A stretch of DNA of 64,000 nucleotides from Octopus sinensis (GCF_006345805.1 NC_043006.1:30566001-30630000), one strand, 5' to 3'; counted from the first letter of the stretch, positions 35,561 through 49,773 are shown. Program-made: numbers and translations. The notes: generated by a model not told the origin, from the sequence alone.

Positions 35561-38544
35561 CATCTGATGGTCTGGTTGATACTACTGGGATAATTATTCA
35601 TAAGCACTCTAATAAAATCTAAAAAAATTTAAGAGGTGCCCTCAATTTTTAAAAGTCCTTATTTTTTTGTCATAAACAAAGCAGGCTCAAATATAAAATA
35701 TCTATGACTGACCCTTAAAGGGGTGACAAAACAATGAGTCACACTTCAAATCTCATTTTACATTTTCTAAAAGTATTTACGAGTCTTACTTGTTTTAAAA
35801 ATTTACAGTTCATTGAAAAACAAGCTTTAAATCATAATTGTTCATTTCATGTCAGCTTTTCCATGCTAGCATGGGTTGGACAGAGAGTCATTTTCGGCAG
35901 GACTTTACTGCTGGACACTCTATCTTTCACCAAGTCTTGTTTTTCAGTTAAGTGATCGTCTTATTCCAGAGATCTTTGGAAGCACTGAGAGACCAAATTG
36001 GTCATAGAATCAACAAGGAATATCAACAAGGAATATATTTCATTCATTGCCAAACCTCGATAAAATATAATTATTTTTAGTAAACTCTAACAAAATACAA
36101 ACAAATTTTAATAGGTTCTCTAAATATTCTAAAGCATGCTCCAATAAGGAAGGATCCAGGGCCACTTCTATAACGGTACACATTGTGATGAATGAAGATG
36201 TGCTAAGCTACAATTCATATTTATGTTTTCAAAAAGTAATTACAAATGTAGATTAAAAGTATAAATAGCTGTTTCTAAAATTCACAATTAGTTTCTAAAA
36301 TTCACAATTAGTTGAAATGATGAGTTTCAAATCAAGTACAATCAATAAAACTCTGCTTCAGTGTAAAAATTAGCACTTGAAACCCTCACTTTTTCCTTCA
36401 AATGGACACAACTTTCCCACCATTCATCTAAAATCACGGTCTTGTGATACTTGTATCAATCATCATCATCATTTAATGTCCATTGTCTGTGGTGGCATGG
36501 ATTGGACAGTTTGACTGGTGCTGGCAGGCTGGAAGGCTGCACCAGACTTCAGTCTAATTTGGCCTGGTTTTCTATGGCTGGATGCCCTTCATAATGCCAA
36601 CCACTCTGAGAGTGTAACGGGTGTTTGTAAGCATGTAAGGTAAAAATTTTAATCTAAATATTATCAATCGCAGGTAAATTACATTTTTCAATTTGTAACA
36701 TTTGAGATTCCTGGAAGAGCTGGGATGGTAACCATGGAATTCCTAAATTCTTTGATTCTTACCTAATCGAAACATTATATGAGTCCTATGAGAGCCACAT
36801 ATAGCATTCCTGGTGTTTCATCCTTGCAATCATTTGCAGTAATGATTCTTCAATAGATAAACAAAAAATTTCCTATCCTTGTACAAAGCCTTTAAAACAA
36901 ATCGCAACAACATAAAAATATAACTTGATCTAAAATCATGGAATTATGTGACTAATATCAGTGTACTGGAGTGCAATGTTAAAATAGCAACTTAATCTAG
37001 ACTCACAAACTACCAGTAAAAGGCAAATAGTATTTTAGTATAAAATCACAACATTGTGAAATAAAATCATAACATCACATGGTTTTGCATCAATATTAAA
37101 AAGATACCTCAATAAGTTTGAAGTGATGCTTTGAAATTATCTTGCAACCAGTCAAATGATTGGATCCAAATGAGAAAAGTCATCTCTCCACCATAGAGTC
37201 TTGTACAGAAATAAAGTAAATTCCTAGTAAATAGTTGATTGGGCCACAATAAATGAACTTATGTGACCTGAGTGTCGGAAGTCATATCTTGCTCTGTGAC
37301 TCATCCAAAGCTGTTCCTTTTCACAGTGACTTCTTGACCTGTGCCTCTTAAGCCAGGGAGAGAGAGAGAGAGGCTTATGTCAAGTGATTTACCAAACTAC
37401 TGAATCAGACAGAAAGCTGAAATTCCTGATACTACTAAGAGTTTGCCTCTAATTATCTCTTAAAAAGTCTGACCCTGGGTGGAGCAACTGACCCATTTTT
37501 TACCCTCAGCAGATATCCATGATTAGAAGTGTTCTCTTTCTCACTGATTTTGAAAGAAGTGCTTTTGTTTGCAAAGTAGCTGACCTCTCTGACATAGTTT
37601 TTATTTTCTGTTGCAAACAACTATATCAGGTCTGTTATATTTGTACTTGGTGAAAGTTTTAATGGAAATCTTTCACCATTATTCCTTGCAGTGATATATA
37701 TGTATGTATTCAGAAACAAAGGAATTCACTACATTTATCCTAGTCCATTCTTTCTTATGGACAGCATTGTAGATCGTTTTAGCAATGTCTATGTATAGTC
37801 TTCCTGATTAGAATTTTAGAATTGTTGACCAACCACTTGCTCAGTGGCAAGATTCTAAAGAACACATATTTAAAAACAAAAGTGGAGACTTGTTTTTGTC
37901 ATTTTTTTGTGCAACCATTCACTCTTGAAATTTTTAAGAATGTCATGCAAATTTGTATTGTCCCTGATATTTGGATCCTCTTTGGCATATGAATTATGGA
38001 GTTATGTTCATTGTTCAAGAATTCAAGTTCAGCCATTCTTTAATCCAGCAGGTTGTTACAAATTCTGCTGCTGTCTTGGATTTGTTAGCATCTCAGTAAT
38101 GGTCCAATGTTTCTTTTCTTATGTTTCTTACCATTCTAATGTCAAGTTGGTGCCTGACTTTCACAAAAGAATGTTTATATTTTTTGGTCTCAATCGAAAA
38201 TATAAGATTGTTGTGTTTTAATTTGACTGCTGTCTTTATTTTAATGTTTTACCAAAATTCTTTCGACATTGATATCAATAAATTTGTTTCTGATTTTGTC
38301 TTCCTTGCTTCATTCCAAACTCTGGTTACCAAGTCATGCATATAAGAAGGAAGTATCTCAAGGACATTGTCTCACAGTTGGCAACGATGCCACTACTGTC
38401 TTCAGTTTTGGTTTTGCTTACCTTTAACCCTTCATCTCTTAGCATGAACCCCCACATTTTGGGGCATCAGAATCTTTGCTAGTTACATGGTGACCTCACT
38501 AGTGCTGGTGCCATGAAAGAAGCACCCAGTCTGCTCTGTAAAGT

Positions 38545-38700
38545 TAAGGTTCTTTCTACAGATATTCTATAGAACTTATTGCCAGCACTGATTGTTTGCT
38601 ACAATGTTTTATATCGAGATGTTGAGATGCCACATGTAAATTGTAGCAAACAACCAGTGTTGGTTCTAAGTTCTATAGAATATCTGTAGAAAGAACCTTA
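38545..38700. repeat. Long inverted repeat (61-bp arms, outer 34 bp perfect, 34-nt spacer)
   Basis: 38545-38578 is the exact reverse complement of 38667-38700; the inner 27 bp pair with 5 differences. Confidence 0.9.
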
Positions 38701-39216
38701 ACAAAACAATGTAAGAAGAATTACTGACGCAATACAATGTGGAACTGACTGATGAAAACATTTAGTATACTTCATGGTATATTGTGTTTGCACAACGAAG
38801 TACCATGTACCTACAAATCTGTAACCTTGTAAAGTGTATGGCCTAATGAAGAGCATTCAACCATAGAAACTAAACGAAAGCAGACATTGAAACATGATGC
38901 AGTCCTTGGACTCATCAAATCCTTTCAAACTGTCCAACCGATGCCAGCATGGAAAAAAAGGATCTTAAATGATGATGATGATCTATCTATCACCATTTAA
39001 TGTCCACTTTTCCATATTTGCATGGATCAGATGGATTTGTTGAGGTGGATTTTTTACAGCTGGATGCTCATCTGTCACTGACTCTCACTTGTTTCTAAAT
39101 AAGGTAATATTTCCTCATAACCAGATATGCACACACACACACACACAAAGGGGTCCCTCACAGTTTCCATCTACTGAACTCACTTATAAGACATTGATCA
39201 GTCTATGACTAGAATG

Positions 39217-39633
39217 TCAGGTCATCCCATAAGTTCTGTCCGATTTTACCTTTTTTTAAAATTGAATGAAATTTAATAGTGTTTTAGAATGTCTAATGGA
39301 ATTAAAAATTATTTTTATGCTTTTGTGTACATTTAAACTAATTAAATATTATTTTACAGAATAATAGAATTAAAATTTCTTTGATTTAAAGCCCTTTCTA
39401 ACATGGAGGTATCCAAAGAGCATTTCAGGGACATAATGCTTTATGAGTACAAAAAAGGAAACTCAGCAGCTGAAGTGACTCGAACCATACACTCAGTTTA
39501 TGGGAAAGAATGCTTGAATGAAAGAACTTGCAGAAGATGGTTTGCAAAATTCAAAAGTGGAGATTTCAGACTTGAAGATGAAGATTGAACAGGACATCCA
39601 GTTGAGTTTGATGATAAGCTCCTTGAGGCATTA
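39217..39633 (+). mobile_element. Truncated mariner transposon (left TIR + transposase N-terminus)
   Basis: ORF 39403-39588 MEVSKEHFRDIMLYEYKKGNSAAEVTRTIHSVYGKECLNERTCRRWFAKFKSGDFRLEDED is a mariner HTH region; homology continues past the TGA (TGHPVEFDDKLL); TIR-like tcaggtcatcccataagttctgtccg; broken by a (TA)n tract. Confidence 0.85.
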
Positions 39634-39634
39634 C

Positions 39635-39689
<55 letters not shown>

Positions 39690-39757
39690 ATATATATATA
39701 TATACATATATATATACATATATATATATATATACATACATATATATATATATATAT
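39634..39757. repeat. (TA)n-rich microsatellite
   Basis: Direct inspection; other large tracts: (TA)(TG) 29846-29889, (TG) 49764-49810, (TA) 50043-50112, (CAT) 62055-62170, (TA) 62820-62881. Confidence 0.95.
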
Positions 39758-42039
39758 GAAAGAGAGAGAGAACACAGCTATATATGATATGTAAAAGATA
39801 TCTGTGGTGTATATATGCTTGTGTGTTTAATATATATGCACACACACACACATGTATGTGTATCTGGTGTTTATGACCCCGACTTAACATCTAGTTGTTA
39901 CTAACCTTTTGCTATTAACTGATTCATGAGTCACACTACCATTCAGATCCTTTGTTTCTAAACAATGGACACAATGCACCACTGCTTGATCACATGGTCT
40001 GCACAATTCTCCTCCATGAATGCTTTGTCTGATTCACTCACCATTTCTGATTCTGTTGTTATCTGAAGCTAGAATCCCATTAATATTTTTGTTCCTAAAG
40101 GGTAATTTCTTAAAATGTTGCCCCAATCTTTGCGAATAATTTAATGCTGTATGCTACCACTGTTGATGAGTGAGTCTTTAGAATAAGGCTTTCAGACTTA
40201 ATAAATAAGAGCCCTTTTCTAATAGGTTGTGATCTGTTTAGGTTGCTGGCAACTTGTAAATATATGATTAAATATGTTTATAATTGCAGTCAGTTAAACT
40301 GATGAGGTGTAGGTTTGCCTTCATGAATTCAATAAAGCCTTCCATTCGCTAGAATTGCTTATTTACTTCTGACATTGGCGCAATACCATTCCTTGTTGTT
40401 TAGGCCAAAGTCAGGTATAACTAAGTAAAAGGTTAGAATTTTTGCGTGATTAAAAGAATTCCAAGCATGGCCATATTTTCTTATTTGTTCTTCAGAGAAT
40501 GAATGTCATGTTTTTTGTAGAGAAGTGTCTCAAGTTCACAGCTTGTTACTGGTCCCTTTCTAATCCTTTTACTGTGCAAATCAGGGACATCTACTCAAAA
40601 TCTCATTATCCTTCTCTGTAGAAAGCAGTTTTATATATCAGTTTGTCTTTTGTTGCGGAATGTCAAATTTGAAACAATTTTTTGCTAAGATTTATTGAAG
40701 TTTATTGAAGTAGCATGACTTGCATAAAATACAAATTCTATTTTCTGGTAAATATTTGACATCTTGATTGGAATAATCATGGAATTTAATTTCACAGTGT
40801 GATGGCTAATCGATCTTAGATAAAATTTTAAGAACACACTCTGATGGGTTTTGAACTCATAACCTAGAGTGATGAAGGGAAATTCTGTAATACATTTACT
40901 ATAGCACCCCTGTCCTATCTTAGTTCCCTTTACCACCATCCTATATATTTATTTATATTCAATGATGCAATTATGAAAGGCAGGGTGGACAACCAAGAAA
41001 GTGTTTCACAATGTCTATCCTAATAATACAGTATTAAATTTGGGATGCTGGTAATTACTTCTCCATAATTATTTAATTAGTTTCCTGTGCCAGTGGCATG
41101 TAAAAAGCACCATCCAAACAGGGTTGATACCAGTGCCCTCCCCCCAGCTGGCTCCCATGCCTGTGGCACATAAAAGCACCATCTGAACGTGGTTGATGCC
41201 AGTGCTGCCTGACTGGCCCTCATGCCAGTAGCACATAAAAAGCACCCACAAAACTCTTGGAATGGTTGATGTTAGGCAGGACAGAGCCTGGTGCAGCCTC
41301 CTGGCTTGCCAGTCCTCAGTCAAACTGTCCAGCTCATTCTAGCATGGAAAATGGACATTAAACAACAACGACGACGGCGGCGGCGGTGGTGGTGGTGGTG
41401 ATGGTGATGATGATGATGATGATTTATTTATTTATTTAATTAACTTGTACTGAGTTTAATCCTTTCTGTAGGAAAAGCTATCAATGATAGACCAGAATAT
41501 CTCCCAACAAGCAACTTTTCCTTTTCTATTTAACATTATGCCAACAGGAAGCGGTGAGCTGGTAGAATCCTTTGCTCACTGGGTACCGCTTTGCCGTATT
41601 TCGTCTGTCTTTACGTTCTGAGTTCAAATTCCGCTGAGGTCATCTTTGCCTTTCATCCTTTTGGGGGTCGATAAAATAAGTACCAGTTGTATACTGGGGT
41701 TGATGTTATTGACCAGCCCTGTCTCTCAGAAATAGTTGCCTTTGAGCCAAAATTTGAAACTAATATGAACACTGGACGTGAATTCCCATACTCTAGATCC
41801 TTTCTTTCTGAACAAGGGTTCAATATATCATGCAATACATTGTGTTTTTTTAGCATGTTTTTGATTGGTCTGGAAGAAGGTGGTGGTGGGATCAATAGAA
41901 GAAAGACAGGATACAGTAGTTCGTACAAAGCATAAGAAAGGGAAGACACAAAATGTTTGAAGATGAGAGGAGAAACAAATGAGGGACTGAGAGGCCTTTA
42001 TTTAGATTTGTGTGTGTGTGTGTGTGTGTGTGCGCACCA

Positions 42040-42960
42040 ACACTGTCTCAGATATTGGAGGAATATGGTGGGTCTCAAGTTCAGAAAAGTCTAATTAGTT
42101 GTAGGTTGAAGTATTTTCTGGTTCTGAAAACCAGTCTTTGTGATGCAATTTTGGCTGGGTTATGAATGAGCATTCCCTGGGGCAGATCTTCAGTGATGCT
42201 AAGGTCTAGCAGCTGTAGTGACCCCAAACATTATAATTACACCCTGTTTTCTTGATACGTATAGAGATTGTATCTTCGTGGTGTTGAAAGGAACAAGATT
42301 GGCATTAGGGCATTGGAGAATGTTTATTTCTTTATTAAGCGATGTATATTTGGGTCTGGTCTTGGAGTTAGTGCCAGTCAGGTATAAGACATTGTGATTA
42401 GTCTATGAAGTCTATGAAGTGAGTAGTTTTGCCAGAAGATTTTTATGTTAGACCTGGTCAAATAACTTGCTAAAAATAGGGTATCAACACTTTTCACGAA
42501 ATTTCTCATGATTGAAGGCAGCCTGGTGAGAAGGTCTCCAGTTGATCTGGCTTTTCAAAACCATAGTGGTGATCATGGAATGATAGAGACTGGAACTGTT
42601 GCAGATGAAACTTGTTAATGACATTGTTGCCATCATCTTTGATGTATTAAAAGTGAGTGTGATCAGATGTTGAGACTGGGGTGGGATGGGGGTGGAACGA
42701 CTGTCCCTTTTTGAAAATGGGGTGCAATGTTGTGTGTTTCCAATGATCAGGATGTATCCCTGTAGAGAGAGAAGGATTAAAAATTTTGGCAAAAGATAGG
42801 GGTTAATTCCAGTCATTCAAGAAAAGCATCTGCTGCTGTCCGAGTGTTGGAAGAATTTACAAGCAATGTATGGAAGCATCCGATGAGTCTCTTAAATGAT
42901 TTGTGGTCTTGGCTAAAGTCTGTAGGGATGGAGGAGAATTTTGTTCAAGCTGCATTAACT
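42040..42960 (-). mobile_element. Degenerate CR1/L2-like LINE fragment
   Basis: Minus-strand pieces VPFNTTKIQSLYVSRK and AKIASQRLVFRTRKYFN resemble the post-RT region; many stops. Confidence 0.5.
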
Positions 42961-43084
42961 TCATCTTTAGATTTGAAACTTTTTACAATATGGTGATGCT
43001 AAATTTCCACCAGTTTGATCCCTGATTTTCAAGTAGGTGCCTTATTCCTCAATATCTGCTTGTTCCCAAATTGGTTTTAAACTC

Positions 43085-43498
43085 TCTCTCTTTGCTCTTT
43101 TACTCTTTTACTTGTTTCAGTCATTTGACTGCGGCCATGCTGGAGCACCGCCTTTTAATCGAGCAACTCGACCCTGGGATTTATTCTTTGTAAGCCCAGT
43201 ACTTATTCTATCGGTCTCTTTTGCCGAACCGCTAAGTGACGGGGACATAAATACACCAGCATCGGTTGTCAAGCAATGCTAGGGGGGCAAACACAGACAC
43301 ACAAACACACACACATACATATATATACATATATACGACGGGCTTCTTTCAGTTTCCGTCTACCAAATCCACTCACAAGGCTTTGGTCGGCCCGAGGCTA
43401 TAGTAGAAGACACTTGCCCAAGGTGCCACGCAGTGGGACTGAACCCGGAACCATGTGGTTGGTAAACAAGCTACTTCCCACATAGCCACTCCTGCGCC
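43085..43498 (-). mobile_element. tRNA-derived SINE family A, near-intact full-length copy
   Basis: Minus strand: GGCGCAGGAGTGGCTATGTGG (A-box-like), GGTTCAGTCCC (B-box-like), internal (TA/TG)n, tail gactgaaacaagtaaaagag. Other copies at about 13798-14126(-), 49880-50312(+), 52108-52515(+), 60201-60560(+); partials near 3370, 22600, 24110, 39120, 56540, 58270, 60860. Confidence 0.85.
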
Positions 43499-45559
43499 TA
43501 TACTCTGAACCTCTTTTTCTAAACTAATGGTGATAATGTTCTTATTCACTCAGTCACTGGTGTCTGGCGGTATTTTTAACTCTTTCTTTTCAAAACAAAT
43601 CTTTCAGATATTGTTGTTGACAACAGAAGAATTGTGAAATTGGTAAAACTCGAAGTTTTTGAAGAAGGGAGCATGAAAACTTTTTTTTATTTGTGAGTTA
43701 ATTACAAGAAGAAAGGCAACAGCTCTAAGCTGCAGAAAAATTTTTTATTTGTTTTATTAAACTAAATAGGAATTATAATTACATCTCATTAGTTTATTCA
43801 ATACCTTACTTCAGTGAATCTCTCCAACTTTTTTGGACATTCATAAATACTCCAATGTCTCTGAAAGGAAATAGCAGCATTTTGTATGAATTTTGTGTCC
43901 AAATTTTGGTTTTCATGGAATTAGTACAGCTGCTTGCATTTGTGTTATAGAGGAAAGGCACTAAAGTATGCCTCCTACAGAGAGAGAGAGAGAGATTTAG
44001 TAGTTTATTGTTGAAATAACTGAGAAATAAAGCATAATTTAGTAGCTTATTGTGCCAAGATCAAATCCTCTCTTTTCCTTGAAAGTAGAATAGTAAGTTG
44101 TCACAGATTTTAATGTTCCAACCAACAAAGAGAAAACATTCCTTTTATCTATGTATGTGCACACCGCTTATCACACTAGGAAACCCTGTGTAGTACTTCC
44201 TTCCTTTTTACGACCATAAACACTGGCATTTGACTCTTTGCTCTGTCTGTCTTCTTTCATCCTCCCTTTCTCCCTCTTTCTCTCCAGGCTCTTCTGTCAT
44301 GTTTTCAAGTAGGAAAGTTGACCAACATGCCTCCAGATTAGTTCAGCTAATTAACCTACAATTACCACCTTCCTTACCAAAAACAAACCACTACTGCTGC
44401 CGTTGTTATTGTTCAGGTCATAATAACTATTGTCATGTTTTGTCAAGAAACAAAACTAAAAGCATTTTTTTTGGTCTTCCATAGCAGAACCTCAAGAAAG
44501 ACTCTTCAAAATGTTTCAGGTTGATATCTTAATATTGATCTGTTTGTCACAATGCTACAGCGTCCCAGTAAAGTTCTTATTTTATTAACCTCTGAGGAGT
44601 GAAAAGCTAAGTTGATTTCAGTAGAATTTGAACTTAGGACATAGAGGTATGAAGCTAATTATTGCAAGACTACAGTTTTTACAAGATCACAACCTCCATC
44701 ATTTTAATGTTAAAAACCATTTAAAACTATGTTAATGTTAAATTTTGTCAATCAACAGGGCTATCCAACAATTTCTTTGTAAAGTGGTTGGCATTGGGAA
44801 GGGCATCCAGCCATAGGAACCAGTCTAAAACAGATAATTGAAGTCTGGTGCAGGTCTCCAACTGGTCATCTCTTGTCAAATCATTCAAACCATGCTAGCA
44901 TGGAAAATGGATGTTAAATGATAATAATGGTAATGATTCATATTTTTCAAAGGTTTAGCTGGGAGGGAGAAAACCTGCTGTGTATAGAAACTCCTCAGGT
45001 CTTCCAACACTAATCACATTGAAATGGTTGATGTTCAGTTTGAGCATCTGCAAGAAAAACTCTAACAGAAAGGGGATTCCAGAGGATTGGACATTAAGGG
45101 GAAGAATGAGTTTAGGGATGAGAAGAATTGTGTCAGGTGATAGTAAGGGTGGTGGTAGTGATATGTAACTAATTAGCTCTGAGGAGGAGCAAAATCTGTT
45201 GTAGTAGCAGTAGAATAGACAAAGAGGAGACACAGCGTATCTGTACATTGGTGAGATTTTTGTAAAGTAGTCACATAGCTTTCTTATGAATATTGTTTTG
45301 GGGGTGCTTGTGTGTATTTAGTAGGAGTAGCAGCATCCAAGATATCAGGGCAGTGTTCCATTCAGCACTATCTTAAGGTATGGGCACACTTGGAAATTAC
45401 TGGGGCCTTTGTGGGTCTAGAAGCCCAATTCTGGTCTATGTATGTTGTGGTTTGCTGTCAATAAATACAATAGGGTCCAGTGCAGTGGTTTGGTCCCAGG
45501 AGCCTCTAATGCTGTTAAGAGGGCTCTGACTCCGTTGTGAGTCCTACCTGAACTTTAAC

Positions 45560-46230
45560 TGTTTGGAACTGAAAAGTTAAGTATTGAAGGGGCGGGGCAG
45601 TCTTTGGGCTGCAGTTTTTGCAGCATTATGAATGTGAGCTGTCCAGGAGAACTCATCAGAAATGGTCAAATGTAGCATTTTAGAATTGTGTGTTGTCCAA
45701 AACTAGAGAAACTGAAGCAGAGAAATAGTTACTTGGTGTGCACAGTTTTTGCTGTCCCTGTTCATAGAATTAGTTTGTGTTTGCTGTAAAGTGTTGATGT
45801 CAGTATGTGGAAGATTCAGGAAGAAGGAAGTGTGGTGCATAGCAGTGTTGTTAATGTTGAAGTTGAGTCAGTTGGAAGGAAAAGTATGTCAGAGTTGATA
45901 GAATGTGGTGTGAGAGAACCTCGTCTGTTCATGTAGCAATGATGTGATGTGACAAAAAGCTTCTACATCCATAGAATAAGACACACGTGAAACCCTCAAG
46001 TAAGCATATCCATTAAAAAGTTGTTAGGGCTTCTTTTTAACCAAAAACAACAAAAAGGGGAAACCAAATTGTTTTTTTTTTGTTGTTGTTGTTATGGCTG
46101 TTGGTATTCTCGAATGGTTCTGTTTGAAGAGATTTAATGGCATGGAAGTATCTGATTTAATATTCAGAAAAGTCTGTAGGTTTGGCACTGTGGGAGCCTG
46201 ATATTCCACTGTTTGTATTGTATGAGATAC
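45560..46230 (-). mobile_element. Highly decayed CR1/L2-like LINE remnant
   Basis: Only scattered motifs (DFNI, FSWTAHIHNAAK). Confidence 0.3.
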
Positions 46231-47070
46231 AAAATGGCAAATAGAATCGGTCTTGTCATTTCATCTATTTTTGTATTATTGCAGATGTGGTTGTAGAGGA
46301 TTTGGCTGTGGCGCCAAAAGAAATGATTTACTTTTGCTCGGCCATATCTTTCTTAAACATCTTACCATTATAACAGATAGGAAAATGAACTGAGGAAGCC
46401 TTTATGCAGTTATTTGCCCTGCTAAAGATAGCAACCAAATCTCTCACAAATCTCACCTAACCCTATAAAAAAGAACACATTGAATGGTGTAGTCCAAGAT
46501 ATACCATGTCATGGTTGGAATGTCTTTAACCATTGGTCTCACTTGATTACAGTTGATCTTAGGCTACAAGACTAGATAGAGAATGGTTGATATGGTTAGT
46601 GCAAAATAGTTTTGTTTCATCTGAATTTATAAGAGGAGGCCAGCAATTTAATACAGGGTTTGCAAGACCAAAGGGAAAATTAACTGTTCATTTGTTTTGA
46701 CTTGAAATATAAAATGTGAGGTTGTCCAAAATACAATAACAGCATAAGTAATCTACTAACTTAGCCAAAAAAGCAAAGTTTTTCGTGAAACATGTGGAAG
46801 TTCAGCTTACAGTCTCTCAGCTTTGCAATGCATTGTGGGTTTCTAATATCTGGTCTGAGGCAAGAGAATGGTACATTCGCTAGAGTATGTTTTTATTAGA
46901 GTTTCAGCAGGTTACTTATTTGCATGTAAAACAGCAAATTTATACACATGTTAATCATTATTAACAATATTAACTTATAAAAATGAGACAAAGTCATTAA
47001 GCAGATATGGCAGAAAGAATGCCAGCAGGTTTATGTATACATACATGTGTGTGTGTGTGTGTGTGTGTGC

Positions 47071-47376
47071 ATGGCTTAGCAGTTAGAGTATTCAACTCAT
47101 AATCATAAAGTCAGGAGTTCAATTCCTGGCAGTGTGTTGTGTCTTCAATCAAAACGCTTTATTCCACATTACTCCAGTCCACTCAGCTGGCAAAAATGAG
47201 TTGTACCTGTAATTCAAAACAGGCCAACCCTGTCACGTGCTGTGTCATGCTGAATCTCCCTAAGGACTGTGTTAAGGGTATGCATGTCTGGGGAGTGCTT
47301 GGCCACTTGCACATTAATTTCGGGCTGTTCTATTAGATCAATTAGAACCCTCATCATTGTAACCAATGGAGAACCA
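47071..47376 (+). mobile_element. tRNA-derived SINE family D
   Basis: tggcttagcagttag...gagttcaattcc head, ccactcagctg core; inverted homologue at 50359-50678; related head at 61180-61450. Confidence 0.75.
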
Positions 47377-47465
47377 GTTATCAAATAACTTTATTTCTGT
47401 ATCCCAAATACTTGTCAGTAGCTTTTTTGTTATAATGTTGTTGTATATCCTCATGTCATCTCTTA

Positions 47466-47690
47466 TTAACCCTTTCGTTACTGTATTTATTTTGAGATAC
47501 TCTGTGTTTCTTTCAGTTACTTTAAATATAACAAAGGATTTAGTAAAATAACTTAGTTATTCAGCTTGTGTTAAGAACATAAATTGTGACTAAGGTTTGG
47601 TGGAAGATATTAATTCAGAACCTTTGAAAACAAGACATTTGTACTGAGAGCCAGAGCCGGTTCCAGCCGGGTTGGTAACGAAAGGGCTAA
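47466..47690. mobile_element. TTAA-flanked MITE family F
   Basis: Perfect 12-bp TIR ccctttcgttac / gtaacgaaaggg with TTAA/CTAA flanks; second, 3'-clipped copy at 54792-55008. Confidence 0.8.
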
Positions 47691-49773
47691 ACAGACTTCT
47701 GGTCAAAACCATTCCTGTCTCATCTCCATGTTTTCAGATAGCATATTATGCAATGTGTTCTTTATTTTAAAAGACAGTGGAGTGTATTTTGAGGGAAATT
47801 TGACTACTATTTCTAGCAAGTCTGATGATCACATAGAAGCTTACCCTTCAGTTTGTTGTTTAATGTTGGAGAATAAAGGATGTTTCACTAGTTCTAATCT
47901 TTCGCCATTTTGTCTGTTAGCCTCAGTTGCCTGCAGAATATACCTGAAAAGAAAAGTTAGATCAGACATGTGTTAGTGTGGTGAGAGCCATAATGTCAGT
48001 AGTAATGAGTACTCACCCACCTAAGTTTCTACAAACACACACAGATGACAAAAAAAAAAAAGAACAGGCATAATTGCATAATTATATGCACAGTCACAAT
48101 TTGAGAAACGAAAGAAAATAAGTGATGGAAATATGTATTCAAATGATAACAACAGCAGTTCACCTTTGATTTGTGTTGCAAACCAAAAAGAAATGATGGA
48201 CATGAGTCAGTTCCAGGCAAGACAAAAAAAAACTAGAAGGAGAACATTACAAAAGAGAGTACCTCCTTGCTTGAGGATTTTACCAAAGAAAAGGGCAAAG
48301 AGCAAAGTGACATGTTATTACTTAAAAAACAAAACAAAACAAAAAAAAAATCAGTGAATTTGGCAAGACCTTGTTAATTGTAGCTAGTTAAATGTTCCTT
48401 TGAAAGGGGCAAGGCATATGGAAGCATATACCTATTAGGACTGAAGAGACAAAAAAGCCAGCAAGGTTTGTACACAAGATGGTTGCCCACAAGATAGTGA
48501 TACTGTATATAAGCAGGAGAACATTAATGCTGTTGTGAACCCTTGGCTCCTAGACACAGCTGCAGCACAATTTGAGCAAGTTGTGAGCACTGAGGAGATT
48601 GAGAACAGATAATAAGCTTTGCTTCATCAAAACTGTCTTTGACATAAACAACAACAATTTTTAAAAATAGATTTTCTCCATCTGTTATTGTAGTTCCTGT
48701 TATTTACTCTCAAAGAATGTTATTGTTTTCCTGTTCTATTTTTGTTGCTTTTGTTGTCTTCAATAACTGACCACCCCTCTGCCTCTCAACAATTCAAAAC
48801 ACGGCTGCTATTTTTCCTCCTGCTTTTGTAGGATTTCCTGAACTCCTAAATATTCTCAAGAACCTCTCCATTCTCATTGCTTAACCCAACCCTTCTCTCA
48901 CATTTGCATAAACTATTTTCTATTTTAAGCCTGAAATAAAACTATTCCTATATCTTAATACTGACCCACAAGAAATAGTAGTTAAATATCCCTCAGCTTA
49001 CTATTTTAAAACCAAAGGTCTTATTAAATAATGTAGTCCTAGATACACTGACCAATGGTAATTAATGGTTACCATTGGTGGATTTCATATCCAACCAACG
49101 ATTCTACTCAGAAACTGAGATGTGTCCTGTTTCTTGTATGATTCAGGGAGTGCCAGCTGAGACTCTCTGGCCATGAAGATCCAGTTGGGTCGATGGCTTG
49201 TGTTGGTTGACCACATGGCCGTGGCAGATGAGGAGGGGCTGACTGGGACTCTGCATCAACAGATCACCCAAGTGGAGGACCCAGGAATAAACCAACAAAT
49301 GGTGAATGTAAGCAGCGCACTGCAATAGCACATGTCCCCATAGGTGACCTAATTTCACTGAGGTTGACTTTGTCTTTCATCTTTTTGGGGTCAATGAAAT
49401 AAGTACCAGTCTCTTACCGGGGTCGATGTAATTGTCTTGCCCCTTCCCTATCAAATTTTAGGCCTTCTGCCTATTAGTAGAAATCAATATTATTGATCTG
49501 TTGTTCATTTAGTTGATTTGATGTTGTTGCTATTATTAGTGTTATTCAGCTGCAGTGGCATATTACTGATGTTGATGGTGGCATGTCCTTCCTTTGCCAT
49601 AGTTAAATTATCTCAGTATATAACTGGTACTTAATTTATTGATCCTGGAAGCATTAAATACAATATTTTTTCTAAAAAATAATTATTTTATTTTTTGTAT
49701 CTTTGCAAGATTTTTCAGATTTGAATTACAAACTTAATTAGCATAGAAAATCTGATTCTGCATGTGTGTGTGT

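Noticed and set aside
35020-36312. Short tandem duplications (about 14 bp near 35066, 13 bp near 36011, about 20 bp near 36270)
   Set aside because: Ordinary slippage or repair products in intronic DNA with no associated feature.
37900-38400. Possible decayed RT fragment on the minus strand
   Set aside because: Only vague similarity across several frames with many stops; not assignable without a search.
40299-40340. CTGATGA-GGT...GCC motif as a hammerhead
   Set aside because: No GAAA directly after the putative stem II and no stem I/III.
43037-43485. ORFs 43037..43282 and 43276..43485 and similar ones (13714, 41069, 49860, 52062, 52927, 60073)
   Set aside because: Chance frames across SINE copies; the same peptides recur wherever the SINE does.
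43440-43498. tRNA gene
   Set aside because: Only a tRNA-derived SINE head (A/B-box-like); it runs into SINE body and cannot form a full cloverleaf. I found no true tRNA or rRNA gene in the window.
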